Source: Octopus vulgaris (taxonomy: Eukaryota). From it: DNA of 64,000 nt. The position numbers and the translations under genes were made by a program. Shown in pieces: positions 1 to 13,950 of this stretch. Within the stretch, counting starts at the first letter, position 1, and the number at the start of each line of letters is the position of its first letter. The notes below the pieces were generated by a model. The model was not told where the DNA came from, made no database searches, and worked only from the letters and a program-made list of their open reading frames with translations. The DNA is taken from the NCBI GenBank assembly GCA_951406725.2, contig OX597815.1:211978001-212042000 (forward strand), given 5' to 3'.

Positions 1-220
1 TTTGACAGAAGAAATAACAGATGGTTATGTGCAGACCCTTCTGAAGTTCCAAGTGCTATATATACAAAATTTCCTGCGACTGTCATGGTTTTAGGGGTTG
101 TCAGCAATGAAGAACATGTGATGCCTCCTTACTTCTTTCCACAAGGTCTTAAAGTTAACTCTGCCGCCTACATTGAGATCCTGGAAATAATTGTTGAGCT
201 CTGGATAGATATATGCAATG
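1..220 (+). pseudogene. maT (DD37D-type) Tc1/mariner transposase fragment
   Basis: Translates TKFPATVMVLGVVSNEEHVMPPYFFPQGLKVNSAAYIEILE, which matches the region between the first two catalytic Asp of maT-type transposases and the relic at 21690-22525. Truncated by a SINE fragment. Confidence 0.75.
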
Positions 221-225
221 GAAGG

Positions 226-312
226 CGCCCAAGATGCCACGCTGTGGAACTGACCCAGAACCATGTGGTTGCGAAGCAAGTTCCTTAACATACATCCACG
301 TCCGCACCTATA
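226..312 (-). mobile_element. SINE family A, 5' head fragment
   Basis: Reverse complement matches the head of the full copy at 26524-26913. Confidence 0.7.
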
Positions 313-961
313 ATACGTAAATATGACATATATAATACATATGTAATGCAAAATCATCTTGCAGGGCTGTGATAATCTAGAAAATAGAAATAAAATTCAC
401 AAATTTGTTCTTTCTGTGCGGCCCAGTACTTAGCGAACATGACTGGTGATGATTTTTTGGGTTTTTTTCACCTTGCTTTCACGTTGTGGTTATGTTTCTC
501 TAAAATATGTCTTCACAGTTGTTTGTCTGTGGTAAAGGTTCCTGCATCTACATTTAGCATCTGAAGAAATGCAGCCCATTGTCGTCTGACTATTTCAAGG
601 TTGACACACGAGAATGTCGATAATTTCCCAAGAATGGAATCTGATGAGACTCGAGTCCTTGCAAATTCTAAATCTCAAAGTACAAATGGAGACGAGTGTC
701 GAAGAAAAAGCCAGAGTAAACGCGATGAAGCGACGTGAGAAATGCCCTTCTTTAGTGAATCAAGAAATGGTTTGAATCAAACGAAATAACTTCTTAAGAA
801 CTTCTGATGTCCTATAATTAAATCAGTACCTTAATAAATCCGAATACTTTCAAATATAAACTTAAGCAAATGGTAATAGCAAAGGTGATGTGATATAAAG
901 TGTTTTCTAAGGCTGTTGAGACTTTTCCAGGGGAGAAAAAACTCTAATCTTCAAAGTAAGA

Positions 962-2020
962 TATTCTGACTTCAATGCAGTTGTTGAAGCGCTGCAGCCA
1001 CTTCATGAAGGCTCAATGGAAGTCCTCCAGAGTTAAGGTGCCTAGGGCCCTTGTAACAGCCTCCTTCACCTTCACAACGACAGTCCCTAAGGTTCTCCTT
1101 CAGTTTGAGGAATAACTAAAATCACAGGGAGCAACTTCTGGACTGTAGGGAGAATGAGGGACAGTTTTGCTGCCCATCTCTGTCAGTTGATAACTAGGAT
1201 GCTCATCACTGACCTCCCTCCGAACAAACTCAGCACAAATTTTGGACATACTCTTTTACTCTTTTACTTGTTTCAGTCATTTGACTGTGGCCATGCTGGA
1301 GCACCGCCTTTCAGTCGAGCAAATCGACCCTAGGACTTATTCTTTGTAAGCCTAGTACTTATTCTATCGGTCTCTTTTGCCGAACCGTTAATTTACGGCG
1401 ACGTAAACACACCAGCATCGCTTGTCAAGCGATGTTGGGAGGACAAACACAGACACACAAACATATACACACACACACACATACATACATACATATATAT
1501 ATACATATATACACGATGGGCTTCTTTCAGTTTCCGTCTACCAAATCCGCTCACAAGGCTTTGGTCGGCCCGAGGCTATAGTAGAAGACACTTGGCCAAG
1601 GTGCCACGCAGTGGTACTGAACCCGGAACCATGTGGTTCGTAAGCAAGCTACTTACCACACAGCGTTCAAATCTTCATGAATAATCCTCTATACACTTAC
1701 CACACCAACTCCAGACTGTATGCTTATGATCTTTGTAGACACACAATGATCTTCATCCAGAAAAAAAACTGTAAATTTTTTCAACCAGTTCTGATGTTCT
1801 GACTCCCTCCCTCCCATCCACCACCACCCACACACACACACCTCATCGTCTCTCATCTTTTCTCTACCATCCTAGAACCTCTTCAGCCAGTGAAAAGGTT
1901 AATCCATAAGCAGCTTGTAGCATTTCATAAGTTTCTGTAACGTTTTAGCCCAGTTTAACATAGAAAGCATCCAAAATGTCTTCAAGCCCCGACTGCATTC
2001 TGCAAACTAGTCAGCTCCGA
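962..2020 (-). pseudogene. Decayed, internally deleted mariner transposase
   Basis: Minus strand gives N-terminal FYVKLG..TETYEMLQAAYG..FHWLKRF*DGRE near 1850-1965 and C-terminal PYSPEVAPCDF..KEAVTRALGTLTLEDFH*AFMKWLQRFNNCIE near 970-1150. It has stops and frameshifts and is split by a SINE. Confidence 0.75.
1251..1663 (-). mobile_element. SINE family A inserted in the mariner relic
   Basis: Near-complete reverse copy of 26524-26913 with internal (TA)/(TG) tract and GGCGGTGCTCCAGCATGGCCACAGTCAAATGACTGAAACAAG tail. Confidence 0.9.
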
Positions 2021-3085
2021 CAAGCAGTGTTTAGCAAGGTGTGTTCCGTGTTGTTACAGCCGTCTCCTTCAATCTGGAATACCAAAAATTGGCAGATCAG
2101 CTTATTAGTTGTATAGTAGTGACATGCCAAAATTCCAATCACTGCCTCTCCTAATAAAATCTCAAAACTTCTGGAATGCGTCTCGTAAGATAAAGTTGGC
2201 CTTCGCTTTATATGTATATATGAATTATTCATCTATTACAACTCAAGTTCATGTGAAACTATTTAATTCTTGAAGTTTTGATTTTGTATTATGTCACGTT
2301 CAATCTAGACTTTTATAATAATTTAAATCGATAATATACATGACTTGCATCCTAAAACTTGTTTCATTCTCAGAAATATGAAAAACAAAAAAAAAACACA
2401 CAGTGACTACGTGGAATCCCAGTCTGCCCTGATCGAGCATATTTATGATCAAAGGTACTCCAACTATGACCATCCCGTCTCTTGTTTTCTTTGTACATGG
2501 ACTGTCCCAGACTACATGACTACAGACTGTCCCATGTAAATGGTTTTACCTATTCCGGAATACATTATGATAAGGGGTGGTTAATGAGAGACGTAGTTGT
2601 TATTCCTAGCAGTTCATGCTACCACGTAGATGGCTCCTTTCTAGACTCGACGTGGTGTATGTTAAATACTTGGATCACCATCAAGCTTTTTGCACACTAA
2701 TTCTCGAGTCGTTGTGCGGTTGCTAAGTAAAAGGCATTCGGTGCTATCCATCAGCAATACAGTCAAAAAACAACACCGATACACAGCCTATAACATGCAC
2801 TCGTGTATAAAAGACCCATTACCTCCAAATGAAATATAACATTCCGATTTTGAGGCAATCGTTTTCACCTGGTCAGTCTATCTAATATTAGCAGCAGAAG
2901 CTAAACCAGATGCTCAAGAAATCATTAAATTAATTCCATCTGTTGTTGATTTCCGGTGAAAGCAGAATTCAGATGATTGTCCAATACTAGTTTACATCCC
3001 ACCCTATTTCAACTTAACCCTTTAGCATAAACATCTCTCAAAATCCCCTTTCACACATACAACTTTGTTGTTAATTAGATAAATA

Positions 3086-3588
3086 CCGTAAATCCTCGAG
3101 TATAATCCACCCTTGAGTATAATACGCAGGGGATTTTTATGGGGCTGTACCTGTGAAAAACCTAACCCTTGTGTATAATACGCACCCTTTCTCTAACTTC
3201 AGTCAAGGAGGTCTATATAACGTCTTTGGTTTGTAAAACTGTATACGCTAACGTCCTTTATTAATATTGTATATATAACATAATGCAAACGTGTAGCTTT
3301 TTTGCGTATTTTGTTTGCAGAAAATCAAGAAATAACAGTAATAACGTTTAATAAATGCTGCTTATTGCAAGTTATGGATGATTCTTTTATGACTTCATTG
3401 CTTTCAGGCTTAGTTTAAGGTATTTTCGCGCCCGACATCACAAAATGCGTCTGAATAAACATTGCCGGACAGCAAATACATTGCTTAGAAAATAATTTTC
3501 CTTTTTAACCTTGTGTATAATACGCACTAGGGATTTTGACCTTTAATTTTTTTGGAAAAAAGTGCGAATTATACTCGAGGATGTACGG
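3086..3588. mobile_element. pogo/Tc2-like MITE
   Basis: TIRs CCGTAAATCCTCGAGTATAAT / ATTATACTCGAGGATGTACGG with TA on both sides (3084-85, 3589-90). A second copy lies at 9491-10012. Confidence 0.88.
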
Positions 3589-3759
3589 TAATATCCAACT
3601 TCTCAGCAACTCTATGAATTTCTCTTCTTATAATTATATATATTTCCCTATACCATTCCAATCATCGCTTTAATTTACGAAAAATTAATATTTTCATAAT
3701 TTTATTGTAACTATAGAGTCCAAATATATCTGGAGATAATTACTTCAAATTTTAACGCA

Positions 3760-4592
3760 TACCAGCAATTTCGATGAGGGATTAATCGATTACATCAACC
3801 CCAGTGCTCAACCGGTACTTATTTTATCGACCCCGAAAGATCGAACAATAAAGTCGATCCCATCAGCATTTGAACTTACAGTGTAGAACAGGAAGAAATG
3901 CCGCTAAGAATTTTGTCCGATGAAGTAACGATTCTGCGAGTTCTCTATCTTCAAATATATTATATAACATTCTTTACTGTAGACAGAGGACCTGCAATTT
4001 CGGGGAGGTGAACTAGTGGTTCACGTAAACCCCAGCGCTTGAATTGCATTTATTTTATGGATCTTTAAAGGGTGAAAGATAAAGTCACCCTCGGCAGAAT
4101 TTGAAATCAGAACGTAAAAACGGAGAAAATGCTGCTAAGCATTTTGTCCGGTGTGCTAACGATTCTACAAGCTCACCGCCTTATATACGTGATATGATAT
4201 TTCCAATTCCAGCCATATTCCTAAATAACAGAAATCCAGGTGGTTACTACTTTTACTATTTCAGCTGGTAGAGTCGTTGGCACGCTGGGCCAAATACGTA
4301 GTGGCATTTCATGTCTTTACATTCTGAGACCAAATTGCCCCAGGTAAACTTTGTATTTCATTCTTTCAGGGTCAATAGCCCGGCGTGCTAATGATTCTTT
4401 TCTACTATAGGCACAGGGCCTGAAATTTGATTACATCAACCCCAATACTCAACTGGTGTTTAATTTATCGACCCCGAAAGGGTGAAAGACAAAGCCAACC
4501 TCGGCGGAATTTGAACTCAGAACGTAACGGCAGACGAAATACGGCTAAGCATTTCGCCCGGCGTGCTAACGATTCTGCCAAGTCGTCGCCTT
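3760..4592. mobile_element. Cluster of SINE family B fragments
   Basis: Three to four decayed copies of the ...TTTATCGACCCCGAAAGGATGAAAGGCAAAGTCGACCTCGGCGGAATTTGAACTCAGAACG... module, mostly on the minus strand. Confidence 0.8.
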
Positions 4593-5436
4593 AAACAACG
4601 GTAAATATCAAAGGGGGAAATAGTGAAGTTTATGTGTTACGAATTCAAGTTTGCTGTGGCAATTTCGTTGTTTCGGAAACAGAACACTTTAATTCTAAGA
4701 AAGCTATATCTCAATACCGTGATGGAATTTCAGTCTTAGTAGTCTACAGTCACTAGAAACTTTACAAATAACCTTAGTATCGCAAATAGCTTAATATTAT
4801 TTGCTGCACTTCTCTGGTGTCCTGCCCAAAGAGATATTAATCGCTTTTCAGATAAAAAAATCTACGAAGATAAGGCGTTACATTCCGTCCCTCAAGCTTT
4901 AATCATGAAACCTAACTTTGAATACCGTGAAATATTAATACATATTTAATAAGCTTTCAATAAAATTTAAAGAACATTATACTAAAGAAAACACATACAC
5001 CCACACTCACACACAACCCCCTCTCTCTTTCTCTCGCTCTCTCCCTCTAGAGACGATTGTTATGACCCTCACCTCAGACAATAAGAATGTTCTCCAGAGT
5101 ATAACTGCAATTTCTGTTTTTTTGACAACCGTCTTTGTGTTAACGTCTCTTGTTTCCAAAGACATTACAATGCATGAACATAACAGAACGTGACAAGGAT
5201 AGGCAAGTACAACACACAGAAACAAGTATAATACTCTAAAACAAAATGAACGTTATTTTTTAGTTGCTTGAGACTTACTCAAGTTACATATACATATATA
5301 TATATATATATATAAGAAAAGTATTATATAATATGTAAAACAAACTCGTTCGTTTTTATGTCTTAGCTTGTACGACAATGCACATTTACATGTACGACAA
5401 TACACATATACATAGCTATATTTGTATGTATAAGTG

Positions 5437-5472
<36 letters not shown>

Positions 5473-6374
5473 TCACCACACAAAATACGCACTTACAGAC
5501 ACACGCATATAAGCATGGTAAACAACATGTTTACATTATGTATGTACACATCTACGTATGTATGTATGTATGTATGTACGCATCTATGTGTGTATGTATT
5601 TCTATGTAATTCCATAGTTCTGTTTGCCATTATTTGTCACTGTAACAACACCAATGTCTCAAGGCCAGGTTGTGGTAAAAGGAGAAAATATTCAACAGAA
5701 ACAAACGATTCTCAAACTGAAATGAAAAGACAAAACTATGTTGTGTGTTCCGCATAACTTGAGCCTTTTTTAACCTCATTTCATTTAATCCAAAATGAAT
5801 TGCTTCCTTTATTGTCTGGAATGGCTCAAGTACTTAGTTCTAATCCTGTCTAAGACTGTTTTCTTTGTATCAACAATGTTTTCTTAAGGAATTGCCCTGA
5901 GTTTGTTCGATGTTAAAAGAAAATTATTGAATGCTCTAAAGTTAACTTAAATATTTTTTGTGCTATTCAAGTGCAGAGACGTGTTGTTGTTCTCAGGTAT
6001 GGTACACCCAGAATGACTTTGTTTCTCCATTTTAAAGACGATTTGCTACGGTGTGGGGGTGGATATTTAGCTGCTATGTCCGGCAGGTTCGAGTGATTAC
6101 TTCGAGAGTTTCACGTTCGTTCAAATGCAGTAGGTTAATTAGAAGAGGTTACCTTCAAGAATTAGAAGAAAAAAAAAGCTGTAAACAGAGAAAAGATGAG
6201 ATTTGGATTAAATTCTACACATAGTTTAAATCTAACTTTATTTAATGAAATTGATAAAAGAAATAAACTAAAATGTTTTAAATGAAAGGAGATATTTTAA
6301 ACAGATGGTTGTTTCTGTATAATATAAGTTACTGGGTTTTGTGGGTTTATTGCATGGAATTGTAACTTTTACTA

Positions 6375-6930
6375 TAATTATGTCACGCTGAATCTCCCCG
6401 AGAACTACTTTAAGGGTACACGTGTCTGTGGGGTGCTCAGCCACTTGCATGTTAATAAATGAGCTGTGACGTCACTGGTGCCAAGTTGTATCGGCCCCTT
6501 TGCCTTTCCCTTGGATAACATCGGTGGCGTGTAGAGGGGAGGCGGCTGGTATGCGTGGGCGACTGCTGGTCTTTCATAATCAACCTTGCCCAGACTTGTG
6601 CCTGGGAGGGTAGCTTTCTAGACGCAATCTCATGGTCATTCATGACCGAAGGGGGTCACAACTATAATTATGAAGCTTATTTCTTCAGTGCGAAGACGCA
6701 TAGCCAAGTGGTCAGGGTGTTCCACGCAAGGTCGTGGTGTCAATTCTTAGATAGGGTGGTGCGTTGTGCTCTTGAGCAAAACACATCATCTCACATTGCT
6801 CTGCGATCACTTCGACACCTGACGCGTGGTACACTGTGTACCTGTTCAGGTAACGTCGATTTGATGGAGAGAGTGATCTAATGTAGAGCAGGTACATTTG
6901 ATCATTATAAACATATCATTTGTGCAGGTC
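6375..6930 (+). mobile_element. SINE family C segments (two tails and a decayed head)
   Basis: 6375-6455 matches the tail of 63600-63920. 6460-6658 matches the tail of 28005-28330. 6690-6800 has the tRNA-like head plus TTGTGCTCTTGAGCAAAACAC. Confidence 0.7.
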
Positions 6931-7089
6931 TTCCTCCTCTAATTCATAAATGCCATCTTTAAGTGGAACAGTAAAAATAGGCAAGGCTTTTCTGAAGTTT
7001 CCCATGTAATATCTAACGAATTGTTTTACTGTTTATAAGAAATCAGTTCGTTTCTTAAAGGAAATATGCAAATACTTAAAAAGGAAAGG

Positions 7090-7094
7090 TATAC

Positions 7095-7148
<54 letters not shown>

Positions 7149-7311
7149 ATACGTACACATACATACACACATGCATACATACACACATACAAACACACAT
7201 ACATGCATACATACATACATACATATATACATACACACACACATACATGCATACATACATACATGCATGGATACATGCATACATTCATACATACATACAT
7301 ACATACATACA

Positions 7312-7345
<34 letters not shown>

Positions 7346-7908
7346 CATACATATATACATACACACACGTACTTGCATACATACATACACACACACATAC
7401 ATGCATACATACATACATGCATGCATACATTCATACACACACATACATGCATGCATACATACATACATATATGCATGCATACATGCATACATACATACAC
7501 GCACATACATGCATACATACATACATACACACGCATACATGCATACATACATACATGCATGCATACATGCATACATACATACATACATACATACATACAC
7601 ACACATACATGCATACATACATACATGCATGCATACATGCATACATACATACATACATACATACATACATACACACACATACATGCATACATACATACAT
7701 GCATGCATACATGCATACATACATACATACATACATACATACATACATACATACATACATACATACATACATACATACATACATACATACATACATACAT
7801 ACATACATACATACATACATACATACATACATACATACATACATACATACATACATACATACATACACATACATACATACATATATACATACATACATAC
7901 ATACATAC
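7090..7908. repeat. Long compound (CATA)n/(CA)n/(CATG) microsatellite
   Basis: Directly visible. It is the source of the HTYI/MYVC pseudo-ORFs. Confidence 0.98.
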
Positions 7909-8253
7909 AAGAGAAAGAAAGTAACTATGGACTGCTGCTTGGAAACCACCAGCTTCTATACCTAAATAAATTTACATTTTTATTAACAATAACTGTTGCA
8001 CTTGGTTTTGTGAGTAAGTATCAAAGTGGTAATCTGGCGTTTTGAGATAAAGAAATTAACCAGAAGACTAACACGTTGAAATATAATCTGTAAGCGGAAC
8101 TGTAAAAATATGCAAGACTTTCTCTAGTTTAACACGCGACAATGCTTTTACTATCCACTCTCAAACGATGGTGCTTTGCATCTGTGTCTCTGTTACAAAC
8201 CAGCTCTTTCTTTACAGGAAGATTTGACATTATTAGAAATAGAGGAGAACTTA

Positions 8254-8293
<40 letters not shown>

Positions 8294-8489
8294 CACACAC
8301 ACATACATAGACATACACACACATGCATACACACACATAAAATTCATACATATATATATATATATATATATATCATACAAAATGTATACATATATATATA
8401 TATATATATACATCATACATACATGCATGCATACATACATACACATACATGCATGCATACATAAATACATACATACATACATACATACA

Positions 8490-8522
<33 letters not shown>

Positions 8523-9046
8523 GCATATATACATGAACATGTTCACACGTACATGCTTGCAAATGTACATCATTGCTGTCAACACTTTTGTGGTGTCTGG
8601 GTTGAAGTCGGTCGAAAGAAAAAGTAAACAAATTAATCGTATATCAGATAATTTAAATAATTCTTTAGTTTCCATTACATTTATGAGAAAAAAAAACGAA
8701 TAACAATTCTCCTGTGTAAAGTGCTGATATATTGTACTCAAATGCTTGAATCTTAACTCCTCTGCTTGATAAACAATTGGAGTAAAAATGCCTTTCACAA
8801 GCCAGGAATTCAACAGTGTTAGCATCGTATAAGTTACTTTATTGCCATTCCAATTCTTGACCAGACGACCTTTATTTCATGCTAGTGTTCTTTACAATTT
8901 GTTACTTTGCATTTTAGGAAATCTGATAATATTATTTTTTATTCTTGGAAAATATAAAGACAAAATTTTTGACCATGTCGCTTTTCTTGAGTTACACGTT
9001 CTAAATATTTAATCTAATTTTCATATTTCGTTATTAACAACAGTAG

Positions 9047-10232
9047 TTTAGTTCAGATCAGCATTCTGTATATCTTACTTAATGTGGTAATAATGTAAGA
9101 AAGACACAACACAGCAGAAAGCACTTCATACAGACGTAAAGTGCTAAAAAGCACAGAAGTGTAACAGTAGCAGATGAAAAGCATCTTATAGCGGTGAAAG
9201 AATTGCTACATCCCGGAATTTCTACGTATTTTCGCGTCATCAGTAACAAGTATCCACTATCAACCGCATGTTTAGACAACTTCGCTTCTACTAATAAAGA
9301 AAAACAGTGGTTAACAAATCACTGGTGTGGCAAGTAGCTGGCAGGTTGGGTAAAATTTCGCCATTAATGATTCAAATAGTATTAGTTCAGAGTAGCATTC
9401 TATATATTTTATTTAATATGGAGACACTGTAAGAAAGATACAACACTGCGGCATCCGTCTTGAGAAAGTATCGCGTATAGACGTATAGTACCGTAAATCC
9501 TCGAGTATAATCCGCATTTTTTCCCCAAAATTTAAAGGTCAAAATCCCTAGTGCGTACTATATACGAGGTTAAAAATGAAAAATATATTCTAAGCAATGT
9601 CCGAGTCTCTATTTGCTGTCCAGCAATGTTTATTCAAACGCATTTTGTGATGTCGGGCGGGAAAATACCTTAAGCTAAACCTGAAAGCAATGAAGTCATA
9701 AAAGAATCATCCATAACTTGCAATAAGCAACATTTATTCAAATAAAAGTATTCAGAACACAGAATAACATGTAACAAAAACAATTTGCAAACATATTTAC
9801 ATTCCCATATAACAGTTAAGAACATCACCATTATTGTATTACGCATGCGCGGAAGTGTTTGTTCGACTAGGAGCTACTGGCTTAATTACGCACGACTCAA
9901 GTTAGAGAAGGGGTGCGTATTATACACAAGGTTTAGGTTTTTCAAAGGTACAACCCCCTAAAAGCCCCCTGCGTATTATATTCAAGTGCGGACTATATTC
10001 AAGGTTTTACGGTATTAAAAAGTGGATGCATGCTACCAATGATGCACAAATACGCATAAATCCCGGATCTAGCAATTCCGCCGTTCTGCAAGACGCTTTT
10101 CATTTTCAGCTGATACTTCTGTGCTTTTTAGCACTATACGTTTATACAAGATGCTTTCTCAAGACCAATACTGCAATGCTGTGGTTTACATACTGTATAT
10201 CACGTTAAATAAAATATACTGAATACAATATT
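9047..10232. mobile_element. Inverted-repeat element with two decayed hammerhead motifs
   Basis: About 9050-9255 is inverted at about 10020-10230, with a partial direct copy at 9380-9490. HHR relics lie at 9203-9249 (-) and 10031-10075 (+). Confidence 0.65.
9491..10012. mobile_element. pogo/Tc2-like MITE, opposite orientation to 3086-3588
   Basis: TA|CCGTAAATCCTCGAGTATAATCCGC ... GCGGACTATATTCAAGGTTTTACGG|TA, with internal similarity to the first copy. Confidence 0.88.
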
Positions 10233-10949
10233 CAAACTTTCTGGGCCAATGAAGGAGTTCCTAGACAGTTATGCTGCAAGCGACTGTTAGAAGCTAAATC
10301 GGCTAAAATCACTGTTGTCTTATAAAAAGGAAGGATACACTTGGCAATGTAGTTATAGATCTGAAAATAGATGGTATGGTCACGGTTGGAATGCCTTTGA
10401 TCATAGATCTGATCGCTCAAATGCTTTTAAGTATTTTTTCAATAATATACAAAACTCACACTCACACAAATGTGTGTGTGCGTGTGTGTGATAATTAAAT
10501 TATATATTACGCACTTTATTCTTCGCTGTTATAGCACGTGGTCTTCCGATCCGTAGAAAAATTGTCTTGCATGAAACCGTACTGTGCACGCCAAAAAGTT
10601 TGGTGACCGTTGCCTTAGAGCATTTGTTCTGACTCTTCGCGTTCTGAATTCGAATCCTGCCATAACCTACTTGAATGACACTTAATGAATCGATCGATTT
10701 AGCACCATCAGTTGGCACCTTAGGTACCATTATATGAACCCAATTTGTTGCAAATTATCGGGTGTGGTATCCGACTTGAGGATGCTTTCTTTTCTCTCTC
10801 TGTTCCTCTATCTTTCTCTCTCTTCCCAGCCTCTATTCTCTCCCTCTCGTCAGTTTCGGAGTATCATTAAAGAGACCTGGCAACTGCTTTATCTCTTCAA
10901 CAAAAATTCTTTTCTACTATTGCCTTATCTCTTCACTGAAAAATCCCTT

Positions 10950-11745
10950 CTACTATAGGTGCAAGGCCTGAAATTTAGTGGGAGGGTGCTAATTAATTAC
11001 ATCGACCCCAAAAGGATCAAAGACAAGGTTAGACTCGGCGGAATTTCAGCTCAGAGTGTAGAGGTCGACCTCGGCGGAATTTGAACTCAGAACGTAGCGG
11101 CAGACGAAATACCGCTAAGCATTTCGCCCGGCGTGCTAACGTTTCCACCAGCTCGCCGCCTTTTCCACTTTATTTTCCTAACAATTCTGCCGGCTCAACA
11201 CCTTATAATAATGGTTTAAAATTTTGGCACATGGCCAGCAATTTTAGGGGAGGAGTAAGTCGACTACATCGACCCCAGTGCATAAGTGTTGTTTATTTTA
11301 TCGATCCCGAGAGAATGAAAGGTGAAGTCGGTCTCGGCAGAAGACGGACGAAATGCTTCTAAACGTTTTGATCGGTGTGCGAACGATTCTCCCAGGTCGC
11401 TGCCTTTAAAGGATGAAAGAAAAATCGATCTCGACGGACTTGAAACTCAGACCAAGAAGACGGACGAAATGCCCCTAAGCAATTTGTCCGGCATGCTAAC
11501 AGTTCTGCCTTTTCCACTTTATAATAATAATGGTTTCAAAATGTGGCACTAGGCCAGTGAGTTCGGGATGGGGGTTAGTTAAATCGATTAGATTGTCCCC
11601 AGTTCTCAACTGGTATTAGTTTACCAATGAGGATGATGAAAGGCATAATTCAACTGCAGCAGAATAATAATAATAATAATAATAATAATGCCGCAATAAC
11701 GTTTTACCCAGCAATTTTAACGATTCTGCCACCTCGCCGCCTTAT
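10950..11745 (-). mobile_element. Head-to-tail array of SINE family B fragments
   Basis: Repeated GTCGACCTCGGCGGAATTTGAACTCAGAACG..GACGAAATACCGCTAAGCATTT.. modules. Confidence 0.8.
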
Positions 11746-11774
11746 AATAACAATAATAATAATAATAATTTTTT

Positions 11775-12010
11775 TGCGCCCTTTTTAAACTCATGGGCCT
11801 AGTTTCTCGGTTTCTATGGCGTATGTGTTCCCCAGCTGGACGGGACGCCAGTCCATCGCAGCGTTACTCATTTTTGCCAGCTGAGTGGACTGGAGCAATG
11901 TGAAATGAAGTGTTTTGCTCAAGAACACAACGCGTCGCCCGGTCCAGGAATCGAAACCACAATCTTACGATCATGGTGCTGACACCCTAACCACTAAGCC
12001 ACACCCTCCA
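11775..12010 (-). mobile_element. tRNA-derived SINE family C (tail type 1)
   Basis: Minus strand has A box TGGCTTAGTGG, B box GGTTTCGATTCC, then CORE-like GTTGTGTTCTTGAGCAAAACACTT. Confidence 0.85.
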
Positions 12011-12011
12011 C

Positions 12012-12338
<327 letters not shown>

Positions 12339-12800
12339 GTTTGAAATGTTTGCCTAAGGCCTGTACCAGCATGACCGCAGCCCAAAAGCTGAAACAAGTG
12401 AAAGACAGATAAAAGACAAATGAACGCAACTAAAGATAAATACCATTTTATCGTTACAAGGTAAGGTTATTAACTCGAAATTCGAGAGATTGTTCAATCT
12501 TCCTCATTCCCACCATGTTTTTTTTCTTTTTGTTTTGTTCTTTTATCTGTCACTGCTGTGTCAGTACACACAGCATTTCCTCCGCAAAACACACAATTAT
12601 TTAATACATCCATGCATTAGCTGCAAACGTAGCAGCTTCATATTCTTAGGCGAGCGCCAGGCGAAGCTTGCTACCTTCACATTTAGATATGCATGAACAA
12701 ATACATGTAGCACTCTGCGCATGCGCTGCTCACCTATTTATCCTTGCATTATATTATTCATATTTCTACTCACCTACGAATATATATATATCTATATATA

Positions 12801-12844
<44 letters not shown>

Positions 12845-12952
12845 CCTGCTCGCTTAGCCAGCGGGGTGGCGTCACTTGAAGGCTAAAACAATGCAAAGCG
12901 CATTGTGACCAGCGATGTGTAGCAACATCTGATAGCCTGGTCGGTCACGGTG

Positions 12953-13001
<49 letters not shown>

Positions 13002-13014
13002 TAGATAGATAGAT

Positions 13015-13057
<43 letters not shown>

Positions 13058-13805
13058 TACATATGTGTGTGTGTGTGTGTTCGTTGGTGAGTAGAAATAT
13101 GAATAATATAATGCAAGGATATAAGTATATATATATATATATCACCTACATGCACTGAGTTTGTGTTTGTAGAAGCCGCTACTCTTATCCATTTCAATCT
13201 TACCTGGTGATGTCAAAGTGAAAGAGTTTGTCTATACCTATGTCTGGGTTAGGAAATTCCATTCGTCGAAAAGTTATTTAAGCTGTTTCCTCTAAAAATA
13301 TCTTTCTACCTTGACATAAAAGAACAACTCGGTATTTACTGTTCTTGTCAGGGTTGTCTAATTACAGAGAGAATGGTTTTTTCTATTTCTCTCGGATTCA
13401 ACGGCTTCAATCAATCGTATTGTGAACACGCGTTAAGCTACACTTTTGACCTTGAATAGAGAGAACGTTATCTCTGGCCGCTATTACGGGAAGCAAAAAT
13501 ACAAAAACACACGTGGAAGAAATAAACCACAGGTGCAGTTTTAAATGACTCTCTTTTGTCCTTTCACTTTTCTTCTCTCCCCCTCTCTCTCTCTCTTTCT
13601 CTCTCTCTCTCACACACACACACGCTCACACACACACACACGCTCACACACACATATAAGTATAAAATATTTGTTACATGAGTACTCACAAATACATATA
13701 CATGCATACAGTTCTATAAACAAATCATGCATACATATATATATACATATATAAATAAATATATATACATATACATATATATATATATATATATATGTGT
13801 GTATG

Positions 13806-13849
<44 letters not shown>

Positions 13850-13858
13850 CATACATAC

Positions 13859-13950
<92 letters not shown>

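Noticed and set aside
642-660. CTGATGA followed by palindrome GACTCGAGTC
   Set aside because: No GAAA or stems I/III follow, so it is not a hammerhead.
7026-8045. Long ORFs up to 299 aa (HTYI/MYVC repeats), and similar YI/CV ORFs across the window
   Set aside because: Stop-free read-through of (CATA)n, (TA)n and (CA)n microsatellites in several frames.
10950-11745. CRISPR-like repeat/spacer array
   Set aside because: The units are irregular decayed SINE fragments in eukaryotic DNA, with no cas genes.
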